DNA from: the human T2T-CHM13v2.0 reference genome, Homo sapiens
NCBI RefSeq assembly: GCF_009914755.1
Contig: NC_060926.1
Length of the DNA: 64,000 bases
Reading direction: 5' to 3' (one strand)
Positions 26,199 through 41,272 of this stretch are shown here, piece after piece. The first letter of the stretch is position 1; the number at the start of each line of letters is the position of its first letter. The notes under the pieces are model-generated. The model was not told the DNA's origin and did no database searches. It saw only the letters and a list, made by a program, of their open reading frames with translations. Both the position numbers and the translations under genes were made by a program.

Positions 26199-27377
26199 GT
26201 AAGTTAACCATGTAGATCTGAGAGGAGAGTAGCTTCTTGTAGATAACAGTTGGATTATATACCATGTCCTGATCCCCTTCATCATCCAGGAGAGCAGAGG
26301 TGGTCACCCTGATAGCAGCAAGCCTGGGGGCTGCAGCTTGGTGGGTAGAGGTACTCAGGGGTACAGATGTCTCCAAACCTGTCCTGCTGCCTTAGGGAGC
26401 TTCTAATAAGTTGATGGATTTGGTTAAAATTAACTTGGCTACTTGGCAGGACTGGGTCAGTGAGGACCAACAAAAAGAAGACATCAGATTATACCCTGGG
26501 GGTTTGTATTTCTTGTGTTTCTTTCTCTTCTTTGTACTAAAATATTTACCCATGACTGGGAAAGAGCAACTGGAGTCTTTGTAGCATTATCTTAGCAAAA
26601 ATTTACAAAGTTTGGAAAACAATATTGCCCATATTGTGTGGTGTGTCCTGTGACACTCAGGATTCAAGTGTTGGCCGAAGCCACTAAATGTGAGATGAAG
26701 CCATTACAAGGCAGTGTGCACATCTGTCCACCCAAGCTGGATGCCAACATTTCACAAATAGTGCTTGCGTGACACAAATGCAGTTCCAGGAGGCCCAAAT
26801 GAAAATGTTTGTACTGAAATTTGTTAAAGCTTCCCGACAAACTAGATTTATCAGTAAGGATTGTTTTCTGCAAGGGGGATGAAACTTGTGGGGTGAGCCA
26901 TTTGGGCTGAGGAGGAGGGAGGTTGGAGCTGAGAAATGTGGAGACAATTTCCCTTTAGAAGGACTGAATCTCCCTGCCTCTCTGGGGTGCGGCAGCCAGC
27001 AGGATCCAATGGTGTATATGTCTCCCCAGCTCCCCATTCAGTGATATCATGTCAGTAGCTTGAAATTATCCGTGGTGGGAGTATTATGTCATGGAAATTG
27101 GCAAATGGAAACTTTTATTGGAGATTCAATTGTTAAACTTTTACCAGCACAACACTGCCCTGCCTTCAGAGTCAATGACCCTATCCAAGTTTAATCCATC
27201 TGTCCACTGTCTCCAACACGATCTTTATAAAACACACCTGACAACATTACCCTTTTATTCAGTTTTTTAAAAGATAAGTTTCCAGCTCATCGGGGTGGCT
27301 TTAAAGGCCATTTCTCCTCTGGACCTCACCCAACTTTTCAAATCACTTTTCCTACCCCTACCTCTAAATGCTACTCA

Positions 27378-27995
<618 letters not shown>

Positions 27996-30175
27996 TTAAA
28001 TCCTGCCTACAGGGAGGGTCCCTGATAATCCCCACCCAATTTGGAAATCTGGGTCAGCCTTCACAGGTACTGAAGCCCTCCTCTGAATGATCTCAAGTCC
28101 TGCTAGGGTAGAGGTTACCTGCTTTTGAAAGGCTCCTGGCCTACCTGTGCAGCAGGAGCAAAAGTGAACCATCTCAGGGTACAGATAACAATCATCCAGA
28201 GCCTTGAATGACCTCTACTGTGCTTAATATATAGTATTCAGCAGTCAGTAAAAAGGATTTAGGCACATGCAAGATGACCTGTGTATCAGGGAGAAATAGG
28301 CAATAAATTGAGATCCAGCAGGGATTTGAATCATGGATTTGAATCAGGGGCAGCCTTCGAAAGAACTATGGAGAATATACTCAGATTTAAAACATAAGAT
28401 TGGAATTTTTGGCAGAGAACTAACAACTGTACAAAAAAGGAACCAAATGGAAATCCTAGAACTGAAAGATGCAATTAACCGATGTTGAGAAATAGCCAAC
28501 ATCTATTGAACACTTCCCATGTGGACAGCTGTGCTAAACACTTTACAGGCATCAACATAAGATGTGTCCCCTTACAGCAGTGCAGTGTCCCTCCTAAGAC
28601 ATGGACAGCCTGGTTTCCCTATCTCTCTGCTTCATCAAAACCCCTTTACGTGGGGCTTAGACACTCCTGTTGTCTCTAGTGTCTAGTAGCACAGGGCTCA
28701 GCACATGGAAGCCACTAGATACAATTTGATGACCAGGACCTCCGATGAAAGCCATGGGTGCTGATTGGGAAGGCATTGTCTTTTATGTGCTATGGTCTTA
28801 AAGCTTCATCCAGGAAGCAGAACTCGGGGGGTGCTGAGGACCCAGAACCGAGAATAAGATTAGTCAGAGATTTCCTGTGGGCAGAAATCATAAGGACGCC
28901 AACTGTTTGGGTGAGATAAGACGAAACCAAGAGTGGACTTGTGGCCAGAAGCGTGAGGAAGAGGAAGAGAGCTTCCCTTGTCCCCTTTCTTCCTCTCCCT
29001 AAGCCACAGTGATTGACAGCCCCCCCCCTTTGGAGTCAGAGCAGGCTTGAGACTGGACTGGGAAAGGAGGGTGGGTCAGGATACAGAGCAGGAAGGCTGG
29101 GAGTGCAGGGCAGGAGCAAGGGGCTGGGGCATTCATTGTGCCTGATCTCTCCCACTTTACCTGGGGTAAAGAAGCATATGCAAAAGCCACGGTGTGAGTA
29201 TTTCCCAAGTGCCAGGGTCAGGGCATGATTCATCACGTGCAGCATTTCATTCAATCCTTATAGTAACCGATGATGTGGCTTCTATTATTAGCTCTATCAG
29301 ATAATGAAACTGAGACCAAGACAGGCTCTGCACATTGTGTGGGGTAATGACACAGGGGGATTCAGACCTAGACTCCATAACTCCTGCCCCAGGGACCACC
29401 CCCACCCTCACCCTGTGCATGTCGACAAAGGACAGACTGGGCCACTTCTCAGGACACAGCGGGGAAATGACACAGAGCAGGGAGGTTCCAGGAGCCCCGA
29501 GCGTCTTTTCTCCAGGAGAATACTCTCTGAATTCAGACTGGGGTCAGAGAAACATTTACCCAGGAGCCGCAGTGTGGGTGGGGCTTTTTACTTGAAACGC
29601 TGTCTGAAGGCAGTGGCCAGGATGGAACTCTCCACCCTACCTTGGCAAGCCACTTCTCTTCTGCAATCTGTAAGGACATTGTTGAGAGAATTATGGTCTT
29701 CCAATTCCGGAGGGTTGAAGAAAGACAAATAGGAGAGAACCTATCATAGTCAGGTGCTAGCTGCCTTCTCTTTCAGAGAGTGTGAGAATAAAGTGATACA
29801 CTTGATTATTAGCAAATACTTTGGAAATTTTAAACGCTAATATTCAACACACTCTGGAAGAGGCAAATAAGTAGACAGGTTCATATACATCATCTCCTTC
29901 AGCTAGTCCTCACAAAAACAAACAAATGAATAAACAAAATTCTTCTTTGGCCCTCATAGGAAGACACTGTTTCTTGAACGTGTTTCAAAAAGGATGGGTG
30001 ACTCACTCAAGGTCACACTGTTTATGAGGACAGTACAGGAATACAGACATGCCATTTTGCCTGAAAAAATCCATCACCCAGGGAGGTGACACAATTTTGC
30101 AGAAATGTTCTATTTCCTCTGAAGGATACATTCTTTAAACCTTTGGGAAATTCATTCATAGTCTTCCTCCTTTGA

Positions 30176-30690
<515 letters not shown>

Positions 30691-31534
30691 TGAAACACGT
30701 TTGAGAAATAGTGTCTTCCTTTGAGGGCCAAGGAGACATTTTTTTTGTTTATTTGTTTGTTTTTGTGAGGACTAGCTGAAGGGGGTGATGTATATTAACC
30801 TGCCTACTTATTTGCCTCTTCCCAGAGTGTGATGAATATTAGGGTTTAAAGTTTCTGAAGCATTTGTTAATAAAGCCCGGGGCTGGAGGTCAGAAGACCT
30901 GGATTTCTCTGCATACTTTTGCCATCAGCAAGCTGTGTGACCTTGGACAGATCCCTTTTTTGTCTAAATCTTTCTGAGTCTTCTTGAAAACAATGCCAGG
31001 TTGGGACAGGATGATTGCCAAGCTCCCGTCCAGCTCTAAAACACTGCAACGTATGCTTCTGCACCAGCACTGTCCATCCTGTAGATCATGCAGAAATTCT
31101 CTTCAACTTTTTCCTACCCATAAAATAGGAGCATGCTTCCCTTTTTCCTAATGTTCCAGGCCCCGGGTCTAGAATATTGTAAGTAAGGAAGTTAATGTGT
31201 ATCAGAGCCCATTATGGGCCAGAAGTTCTCCTCTTCCTTCCTACACCTGCTTCCTCCCTCCCTCCCTCCCTCTTTCCCTTCCTTCCTTCCATCCATTTGT
31301 GAAGAAGACATGATCACCCTCATTCTGAGAGTGAAGAGACAGAGGCTCAACTAATGAAATGATTTGTTCAAGGTCACACGGGTGGCACAAGGCAAGTGGC
31401 AGAGGTTGAATTTAGACCCATTCCTGTCCAAATGCTGAGTTTATGTCATCGTCCCGAGACCATAACTTTAAAGATGTAAGATAGTGGGAAAAGAGTTGAT
31501 TTCAAAGCACCTCTCAGAAGGACTCACTTTACAT

Positions 31535-31733
31535 CAGGGGTCAGCAGACTCAGGCCAAATCCGGTCCATTCCCCGCTTTTGCAAAGAAAGTTGTAGTGGA
31601 ACACAGCTAGGCTTATTGATTTATGGATTGCCAACGTCCTTTTGTGAAACAGACAGCTGAGCTGAGTAATCGTGGCGCACAAAACCTAAAATATTTACTA
31701 TCTCGTCCTTTACAGAATGTTTGCCAATCTATG
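31535..31733. mobile_element. MER58A-like hAT-Charlie DNA transposon remnant
   Basis: caggggtcagca end and aaaacctaaaatatttactatct...cctttacagaa motif. Confidence 0.75.
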
Positions 31734-31924
31734 GTCCGGAGTCCAAGGCTGTCCATTTTTCAAAGAACACAAAGTGACATGAGACTGTCCCATGTGCAGG
31801 GAGCCCTATCATTTTATTATGAAAAAACGGCCTTTCTGCTCAAATCTGTTTTTTAAAAAGTCAACAAACAGACTCTGGGTACCTGTCAGGAACAGTAGGG
31901 AGTTTGGTTTCCATTGTGCTCTTC

Positions 31925-32153
31925 TTCCCAGGAACTCAATGAAGGGGAAATAGAAATCTTAATTTTGGGGAAATTGCACAGGGGAAAAAGGGGAGGGAAT
32001 CAGTTACAACACTCCATTGCGACACTTAGTGGGGTTGAAAGTGACAACAGCAAGGGTTTCTCTTTTTGGAAATGCGAGGAGGGTATTTCCGCTTCTCGCA
32101 GTGGGGCAGGGTGGCAGACGCCTAGCTTGGGTGAGTGACTATTTCTTTATAAA
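31925..32153 (+). promoter_or_regulatory. IL1RN: Promoter of secreted IL-1Ra
   Basis: STAT6-type TTC-N4-GAA (TTCCCAGGAA 31925-31934), C/EBP-like ATTGCGACAC 32016-32025, NF-kB GGGTATTTCC 32081-32090, TATAAA 32148-32153. Consistent with known IL-4 and LPS inducibility. Confidence 0.85.
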
Positions 32154-32204
32154 CCACAACTCTGGGCCCGCAATGGCAGTCCACTGCCTTGCTGCAGTCA
32201 CAGA

Positions 32205-32320
32205 ATGGAAATCTGCAGAGGCCTCCGCAGTCACCTAATCACTCTCCTCCTCTTCCTGTTCCATTCAGAGACGATCTGCCGACCCTCTGGGAGAAAATCC
32301 AGCAAGATGCAAGCCTTCAG
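32205..32320 (+). CDS. IL1RN: IL1RN secreted-isoform exon 1 (signal peptide [25 protein letters not shown] then [13 protein letters not shown]); internal acceptor at 32269 used by intracellular isoforms
   Basis: Direct translation matches the human IL-1Ra precursor. Donor CAG|gtaagg at 32320/32321. Confidence 0.99.
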
Positions 32321-33654
32321 GTAAGGCTACCCCAAGGAGGAGAAGGTGAGGGTGGATCAGCTGGAGACTGGAAACATATCACAGCTGCCAGGGGCTGCCA
32401 GGCCCCAGAGGGCCTGAGAACTGGGTTTGGGCTGGAGAGGATGTCCATTATTCAAGAAAGAGGCTGTTACATGCATGGGCTTCAGGACTTGTGTTTCAAA
32501 ATATCCCAGATGTGGATAGTGCGACCGGAGGGCTGTCTTACTTTCCCAGAGACTCAGGAACCCAGTGAGTAATAGATGCATGCCAAGGAGTGGGACTGCG
32601 ATTCAGGCCTAGTTGAATGTGCTGACAGAGAAGCAGAGAGGGGCACCAGGGGCACAGCCCGAAGGCCCAGACTGATATGGGCAAGGCCTGTCTGTGCTGA
32701 CATGTCGGAGGGTCCCACTCTCCAGGGACCTTGGTTTCCCCGTCTGTGACATCTGTGACATGAGAGTCACGATAACTCCTTGTGTGCCTTACAGGGTTGT
32801 TGTGAAAATTAAATGCACAGATAATAGCGTAACAGTATTCCGTGCATTGTAAAGAGCCTGAAAACCATTATGATTTGAAAATGGAATCGGCTTTGTGAGA
32901 CCATCACTATTGTAAAGATGTGATGCTGATAGAAATGACAGGACTGCTTGTGCATGCCCTCTGCAGTGTGACATTCCAGCAGTGAAATCATGTTGGGGTG
33001 ACTTCTCCCCCACTCTGACCTTTATGTTTGTCTGGGCCGAGGCTGCAAGTCGGGCTCTGTGGGTGTATGAGTGACAAGTCTCTCCCTTCCAGATATGGGG
33101 ACTGTCTGCTTCCCTAGGTTGCCTCTCCCTGCTCTGATCAGCTAGAAGCTCCAGGAGATCCTCCTGGAGGCCCCAGCAGGTGATGTTTATCCCTCCAGAC
33201 TGAGGCTAAATCTAGAAACTAGGATAATCACAAACAGGCCAATGCTGCCATATGCAAAGCACTTTGGTTTGCCTGGCCACCCCTCGTCGAGCATGTGGGC
33301 TCTTCAGAGCCACCTGATGAGGTGGGTACAGTTAGCCACACTTCACAGGTGAAGAGGTGAGGCACAGGTCCCAGGTCAGGCTGGCCGGAGCTCTGTTTAT
33401 TACGTCTCACAGCTTTGAGTCCTGCTCTCAACCAGAGAGGCCCTTTACCAAGAAGAAAGGATTGGGACCCAGAATCAGGTCACTGGCTGAGGTAGAGAGG
33501 AAGCCGGGTTGTTCCCAAGGGTAGCTGCTCCTGCAGGACTCTGAGCAGGTCACCAGCTAATGGAGGAAAGGCTCTAGGGAAAGACCCTTCTGGTCTCAGA
33601 CTCAGAGCGAGTTAGCTGCAAGGTGTTCCGTCTCTTGAAACTTCTACCTAGGTG

Positions 33655-33856
33655 CTATGGTAGCCACTAGTCTCAGGTGGCTATTTAAATTTATACTTAA
33701 ATGAATGAAAATAGAAGAAAATTTAAAATCCAGACCCTTGGTCACACTATCCACATTTAAAGAGGTCAATAGCCACATGTGGTTAGTGGCCACCCTATTG
33801 GGCAGTGCAGCTACAGAACATTTTTGCATCCCAGAAAGTTCTTTTGGATGTTGCTG
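33655..33856. mobile_element. MER3-like DNA transposon remnant
   Basis: gtagccactag...gtggctatttaaattt and caatagccacatgtggttagtggccaccctattgggcagtgcag. Confidence 0.75.
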
Positions 33857-34155
33857 CTCTACAGCATGCTTTGCTGAAACAGAAGTGCCTTCCCTGGGAA
33901 TCTCAGATGGGAAGCAAGTAAGGAGGGGAGTCAAATGTGGGCTCACTGCTCACCAGCTGTGAGGGTTGGGCCTGCCTCTTAACCATTGTCAGCCTCAGTC
34001 TTCTCATCCATGCATGCCGTGGGTATACTAAAATACTATACCCCTGGAAGAGCTGGATGCAAATTTGACAAGTTCTGGGGGACACAGGAAGGTGCCAAGC
34101 ACAAGGCTGGGCACATGGTGGCTGTGCACTACAGCTGAGTCCTTTTCCTTTTCAG

Positions 34156-34244
34156 AATCTGGGATGTTAACCAGAAGACCTTCTATCTGAGGAACAACCA
34201 ACTAGTTGCTGGATACTTGCAAGGACCAAATGTCAATTTAGAAG
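34156..34244 (+). CDS. IL1RN: IL1RN common coding exon ([29 protein letters not shown])
   Basis: ttttcag|AATCTGG...GAAG|gtgagt; 89 nt; translation matches IL-1Ra. Confidence 0.99.
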
Positions 34245-35108
34245 GTGAGTGGTTGCCAGGAAAGCCAATGTATGTGGGCATCACGTCACTTTGCCCGTCT
34301 GTCTGCAGCAGCATGGCCTGCCTGCACAAACCCTAGGTGCAATGTCCTAATCCTTGTTGGGTCTTTGTATTCAAGTTTGAAGCTGGGAGGGCCTGGCTAC
34401 TGAAGGGCACATATGAGGGCAGCCTGAAGAGGGTGTGGAGAGGTAGAGTCTAGGTCAGAGGTCAGTGCCTATAGGCACAGTGGTCCCAGGGCCACAGCTG
34501 GGAAGGGCAAATACCAGAAGGCAAGGTTGACCATTCCCTTCCTCAAGTGCCTATTAAGGCTCCATGTTCCTATGTTGTTCAAACCCTAACTCAATCCCAA
34601 ATTAATCCACCATGTATAAGGTTGAGCTATGTCTCTTATTCCTGGACACCATACTCAGCCATATTCTGGTCCACACATTAAACAAGCTGGATGACCTTGA
34701 AGAAGCTTCACCCACTCTGTTCCTCAGCTTTCCCTTCAGTGGGATGATATCAACTGGACAACAGGATGTGCGATTCTTTTAGTTCCAGCCTTCCAGGATG
34801 TTTTCACTCCCCTGTTTGTTGTTGTAGGATGGTATTACCTCCACCTTCCCACCTTCCCTATGCCCTGGTTCTGTCTCCTGTGCCTCGCTCTGAAAGTGGA
34901 TGAGACCTACAATTCCTGTCCTGGTAGTTCTCCTAATGAACACACTGAAGCACGAGGAAGCTGAGATTTTTGTTGCTACATGAGAGCATGGAGGCCTCTT
35001 AGGGAGAGAGGAGGTTCAGAGACTCCTAGGCTCCTGTGGAGCCCCACTCATGGCCTTGTTCATTTTCCCTGCCCCTCAGCAACACTCCTATTGACCTGGA
35101 GCACAGGT

Positions 35109-35452
35109 ATCCTGGGGAAAGTGAGGGAAATATGGACATCACATGGAACAACATCCAGGAGACTCAGGCCTCTAGGAGTAACTGGGTAGTGTGCATCCTG
35201 GGGAAAGTGAGGGAAATATGGACATCACATGGAACAACATCCAGGAGACTCAGGCCTCTAGGAGTAACTGGGTAGTGTGCATCCTGGGGAAAGTGAGGGA
35301 AATATGGACATCACATGGAACAACATCCAGGAGACTCAGGCCTCTAGGAGTAACTGGGTAGTGTGCATCCTGGGGAAAGTGAGGGAAATATGGACATCAC
35401 ATGGAACAACATCCAGGAGACTCAGGCCTCTAGGAGTAACTGGGTAGTGTGC
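35109..35452. repeat. IL1RN: IL1RN intron-2 86-bp VNTR, 4 copies (allele IL1RN*1)
   Basis: Identical 86-bp units start at 35109, 35195, 35281 and 35367. Confidence 0.98.
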
Positions 35453-35624
35453 TTGGTTTAATCTTCTATTTACCTGCAGACCAGGAAGATGAGACCTCTC
35501 TGCCCTTCTGACCTCGGGATTTTAGTTTTGTGGGGACCAGGGGAGATAGAAAAATACCCGGGGTCTCTTCATTATTGCTGCTTCCTCTTCTATTAACCTG
35601 ACCCTCCCCTCTGTTCTTCCCCAG

Positions 35625-35737
35625 AAAAGATAGATGTGGTACCCATTGAGCCTCATGCTCTGTTCTTGGGAATCCATGGAGGGAAGATGTGCCTGTCCTG
35701 TGTCAAGTCTGGTGATGAGACCAGACTCCAGCTGGAG
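35625..35737 (+). CDS. IL1RN: IL1RN common coding exon ([37 protein letters not shown])
   Basis: ccccag|AAAAGATAG...CTGGAG|gtaaaa; 113 nt. Confidence 0.99.
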
Positions 35738-35749
35738 GTAAAAACATGC

Positions 35750-36200
35750 TTTGGATCTCAAATCACCCCAAAACCCAGTGGCTTGAAACAACCAAAATTT
35801 TTTCTTATGATTCTGTGGGTTGACCAGGATTAGCTGGGTAGTTCTGTTCCATGTGGTGGAACATGCTGGGGTCACTTTGGAAGCTGCATTCAGCAGAGTG
35901 CCTGGCTTGCGCTGGGCATCCAAGGTGGTCCCTCATCCTCCAGGCTCTCTTTCCATGTGATCTCTCAGTGTTTAAGAGTTAGTTGGAGCTTCCTTACAGC
36001 ATGGCGGCTGACTTCCAAAAGGGATTATTCCAAAAAGAGCCTCAACATGCAGGCGCTTATTATGACTTCTGCTTGCATCATCCTATTGGCCAAAGCCAGT
36101 CACGTGGCTAAGTCTAGCCCCCTGTGAGAGGAGACTGCATAAGAGTGTGAACACCAGGAGACACGGTCACTGGGGGCCACCACTGTAACCATCTACCACA
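35750..36200 (-). mobile_element. Old MaLR LTR (MLT1G/H/I-like)
   Basis: ccccaaaacccagtggcttgaaacaac, cctattggccaaagccagtcacgtggc, and end catctaccaca. Confidence 0.65.
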
Positions 36201-36733
36201 GGACCTGAATCTCTGTGTGCTACTCCCTTGCTCAAGGGCCCCCCTACCCACGCAGACCTGCTGTCTTCTAGCAAAGCCCATCCTCAGGACCTTTCTCTTC
36301 CAATCCTTATTGACTCAAATTGATTAGTTGGTGCTCCACCCAGAGCCCTGTGCTCCTTTATCTCATGTAATGTTAATGGGTTTCCCAGCCCTGGGAAAAC
36401 ATGGCTTTGTCTCAGGGGCTTGCTGGATGCAACCTTAACCTCAATGTGAGTGGCCATACTGTGGCACTGTCCCATCCCTCACCAGGGACACTGTTCTGGA
36501 GGGTGACTGCCTGTTCTGTGAGGAGTGGGGATGGCTAGGACATTGCATGGAACACACCACCACCCCATCTTCTCAGAGCTCAAACCCTGACAGAACACCA
36601 GCTCCACAGGCCTTGGCTTCTGCTGATGGTGCCGTGTATTTACCAGACTTAGTGGTCCAAGGCCAGAGTGGCCAGATTTCCCAAAGTCAAGGTGTGACAG
36701 TGGGACAGCCTCTTTGTGTCTTTGCTGTCCTAA

Positions 36734-37051
<318 letters not shown>

Positions 37052-37235
37052 AAACCTAGGTCCCAGAGTCCCACAGAATGGCAGACAGGAGCACCTGGGG
37101 GCTTTTAGGGTATGGCATTTCCCCTGTACTAACTCTGGGCTGTCCAGAGGGCCATTTCATGGCGTGGAGTGGAGAGGGAGGCAGCACAGGACTTCCTAGG
37201 CCTCAGCTCTCACCTGCCCATCTTTTGATTTCCAG

Positions 37236-37451
37236 GCAGTTAACATCACTGACCTGAGCGAGAACAGAAAGCAGGACAAGCGCTTCGCCTTCATCCGCTC
37301 AGACAGTGGCCCCACCACCAGTTTTGAGTCTGCCGCCTGCCCCGGTTGGTTCCTCTGCACAGCGATGGAAGCTGACCAGCCCGTCAGCCTCACCAATATG
37401 CCTGACGAAGGCGTCATGGTCACCAAATTCTACTTCCAGGAGGACGAGTAG
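37236..37451 (+). CDS. IL1RN: IL1RN last coding exon ([71 protein letters not shown])
   Basis: tttccag|GCAGTT...GAGTAG; IL-1 family signature [13 protein letters not shown]; N-glycosylation sequon NIT. The four exons sum to 534 nt (177 aa plus stop). Confidence 0.99.
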   Translation, partial: AVNITDLSENRKQDKRFAFIRSDSGPTTSFESAACPGWFLCTAMEADQPVSLTNMPDEGVMVTKFYFQEDE

Positions 37452-38596
37452 TACTGCCCAGGCCTGCCTGTTCCCATTCTTGCATGGCAAGGACTGCAGG
37501 GACTGCCAGTCCCCCTGCCCCAGGGCTCCCGGCTATGGGGGCACTGAGGACCAGCCATTGAGGGGTGGACCCTCAGAAGGCGTCACAACAACCTGGTCAC
37601 AGGACTCTGCCTCCTCTTCAACTGACCAGCCTCCATGCTGCCTCCAGAATGGTCTTTCTAATGTGTGAATCAGAGCACAGCAGCCCCTGCACAAAGCCCT
37701 TCCATGTCGCCTCTGCATTCAGGATCAAACCCCGACCACCTGCCCAACCTGCTCTCCTCTTGCCACTGCCTCTTCCTCCCTCATTCCACCTTCCCATGCC
37801 CTGGATCCATCAGGCCACTTGATGACCCCCAACCAAGTGGCTCCCACACCCTGTTTTACAAAAAAGAAAAGACCAGTCCATGAGGGAGGTTTTTAAGGGT
37901 TTGTGGAAAATGAAAATTAGGATTTCATGATTTTTTTTTTTCAGTCCCCGTGAAGGAGAGCCCTTCATTTGGAGATTATGTTCTTTCGGGGAGAGGCTGA
38001 GGACTTAAAATATTCCTGCATTTGTGAAATGATGGTGAAAGTAAGTGGTAGCTTTTCCCTTCTTTTTCTTCTTTTTTTGTGATGTCCCAACTTGTAAAAA
38101 TTAAAAGTTATGGTACTATGTTAGCCCCATAATTTTTTTTTTCCTTTTAAAACACTTCCATAATCTGGACTCCTCTGTCCAGGCACTGCTGCCCAGCCTC
38201 CAAGCTCCATCTCCACTCCAGATTTTTTACAGCTGCCTGCAGTACTTTACCTCCTATCAGAAGTTTCTCAGCTCCCAAGGCTCTGAGCAAATGTGGCTCC
38301 TGGGGGTTCTTTCTTCCTCTGCTGAAGGAATAAATTGCTCCTTGACATTGTAGAGCTTCTGGCACTTGGAGACTTGTATGAAAGATGGCTGTGCCTCTGC
38401 CTGTCTCCCCCACCAGGCTGGGAGCTCTGCAGAGCAGGAAACATGACTCGTATATGTCTCAGGTCCCTGCAGGGCCAAGCACCTAGCCTCGCTCTTGGCA
38501 GGTACTCAGCGAATGAATGCTGTATATGTTGGGTGCAAAGTTCCCTACTTCCTGTGACTTCAGCTCTGTTTTACAATAAAATCTTGAAAATGCCTA
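37452..38596 (+). other. IL1RN: IL1RN 3'UTR (about 1.15 kb)
   Basis: Lies between the stop codon and the poly(A) signal; exact cleavage site estimated. Confidence 0.85.
38575..38580 (+). terminator. IL1RN: Polyadenylation signal AATAAA
   Basis: AATAAA followed about 20 nt later by a GT/T-rich element (tattgttgactatgt). Confidence 0.88.
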
Positions 38597-40354
38597 TATT
38601 GTTGACTATGTCCTTGGCCTTGACAGGCTTTGGGTATAGAGTGCTGAGGAAACTGAAAGACCAATGTGTCTTTCTTACCCCAGAGGCTGGCGCCTGGCCT
38701 CTTCTCTGAGAGTTCTTTTCTTCCTTCAGCCTCACTCTCCCTGGATAACATGAGAGCAAATCTCTCTGCAAAAAAGACATGGGGCAGCACTGTCCACAAC
38801 AGCCTCTACTGGAAACAACCCAAGCACCCATCACAGAATGAATTAGTACATCATGTATCTGCACACAACACAGTGCTCCTTGGCAAAGAAAATGAATGAA
38901 TTACAGCCAGCTGCACCTCACAAGACAGATAATCTTACAAACATCATGTGGGTACAAGAATCACAAAAGCATGCATAGAGTGTGATTCCATTTCTACAAA
39001 GTTCAAAACGGGCAACATGGGGCTGTTGTGTGGAGGGCTGTGGAAACAGGTGGTGCAGAGAGAAGCAAGGCCATGCTCTGTCTGAAGGCCCAGTGACACT
39101 TGGCCCCTGCGAGAGAGAGTGGCAGGCAGGAGCACCTGGGGGACTTTAGGGTCCAGACAACATTCTATTTCTTGGCATGGATGCAGTTAGGCGGTTTTCT
39201 GTATGTATATTTTATTTCACAATACCTAGAAAATAAAAAGACTTGCCCCCCAACAACCAGGGTGTAAAGAAAGGAGCATCTGGGAAATTATGAGATTAGT
39301 GAATGGAGTATTGAATTTGTCCCCATAGGTGGGAGTGCAAGACCATGAGTGACCACTTATCAAACACACCTCAGTAAACAGTCAGGAGAGTGAGGAGTGT
39401 GGTCCTTTCACCTGCCCAGGTTGTTTCTGTTAGATTCTGGGCTTGGTCTCTGGAGTCCAAGAGGCAGGCCCCAGTGAGGTCATGCACTTGCTGTCTGATT
39501 TTGGCCAAGTCACCTCCCTTTGTGGGGACTGTTCCTCATTTGTTTGAGGGGAATGTTGATTTGGATGGGGATTTTCCAAACAGAGCTCCTTGGACCCTTC
39601 CCTCTAAGGTCTCTGGAAATGGGAAACCCTGCAGAGGGGAGGATAAATGGGCCAGGATTCATCCCTTGAACCCTGTTCCCAACAGAGCCCTCTGTTTTTC
39701 TCTTCTTTACAACTTGGACCTCCCATGGGACTTTGTTTGAAAGGGAGACTTCATTGCTAAAAGCAAACTAAACTAAGTAGGCTAAAAGGCAACAAACTGG
39801 AGAAAATGTTTAAGGTCTTCTCTAGATCTAAGATCCTATGACGTTGAGGAGGTCATCCAACATCTCTGAGTTTTCTCTTTCTTGTATATAAAATGGAAGT
39901 AGCTGGCAGGGCAGGGCATGTGTCGTTGATATATTTTTAATCCTGGTAAAAGGAGGAGGTTCAAGGCAGAAAACTCATCAAAGCTTAATGACAACAATAG
40001 CAGCTAACATTTGTGAGGCTCTAAGGTAAAACCCAAGGCTAAGACTCTTCATGCAAACTAGGTCAAGCAGCAAGCTACAGGTTAGAAACAGGCAAGGCAG
40101 CAAAACAGTCACATGGGTGAACTCTGGGACTCTGCAGTCACACTCTGACTCTCCTGCTTGCACTGGGTGCTCATAAGCAAGCTAGTTAACACCTCAGAGC
40201 CTTGGTTTTCCCACCACTAAATGCAAATAATAGGCAATGCTGAGTTATTGCAAAGTTACTTAATCTTTGCAATAGCCTTCTGTGGTGAGTGGCATATTCT
40301 TATTATTATTGTTAGTCCTAGAAGAGTCAGTGCTCAAAGGAATCTGCTTTAGAG

Positions 40355-40505
40355 CCTTATTGCTCCAAGTGTGGTTCATGCATCAGCAACATCAGCATAC
40401 TTCTGGAGTTAAAATGCAGATTCTCAGATCTCAGGCTTGACTTACTGACTTAGGGTCATCATCTTAACCAGATCTCCCATGCACATTAAATTTGAGAAGC
40501 ACTGT
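40355..40505. mobile_element. MER5A-like DNA transposon remnant
   Basis: caagtgtggt...cagcaacatcagcat...aaatgcagattctcag...aatttgagaagcactg. Confidence 0.7.
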
Positions 40506-40518
40506 TTTAAAATGCATT

Positions 40519-40832
<314 letters not shown>

Positions 40833-40970
40833 GCATAAATCGCACAATGCATAAGTTTTGGCATACGCACTAGCATAAAGGGATTCTCCTACTTATAAAC
40901 CTAGCCCATCTCCTTACTCTCTATCACACTAGCCCATTGATGACACCAAAAACTCCCCTCTTAACACTTT

Positions 40971-41272
<302 letters not shown>

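Noticed and set aside
35109-35452. 86-bp array as a novel repeat system
   Set aside because: It is the long-known IL1RN intron-2 VNTR and has no spacers.
37196-37668. Antisense and alternative-frame ORFs over the last IL1RN exon
   Set aside because: Shadows of the real coding exon, with no independent promoter or splice evidence.
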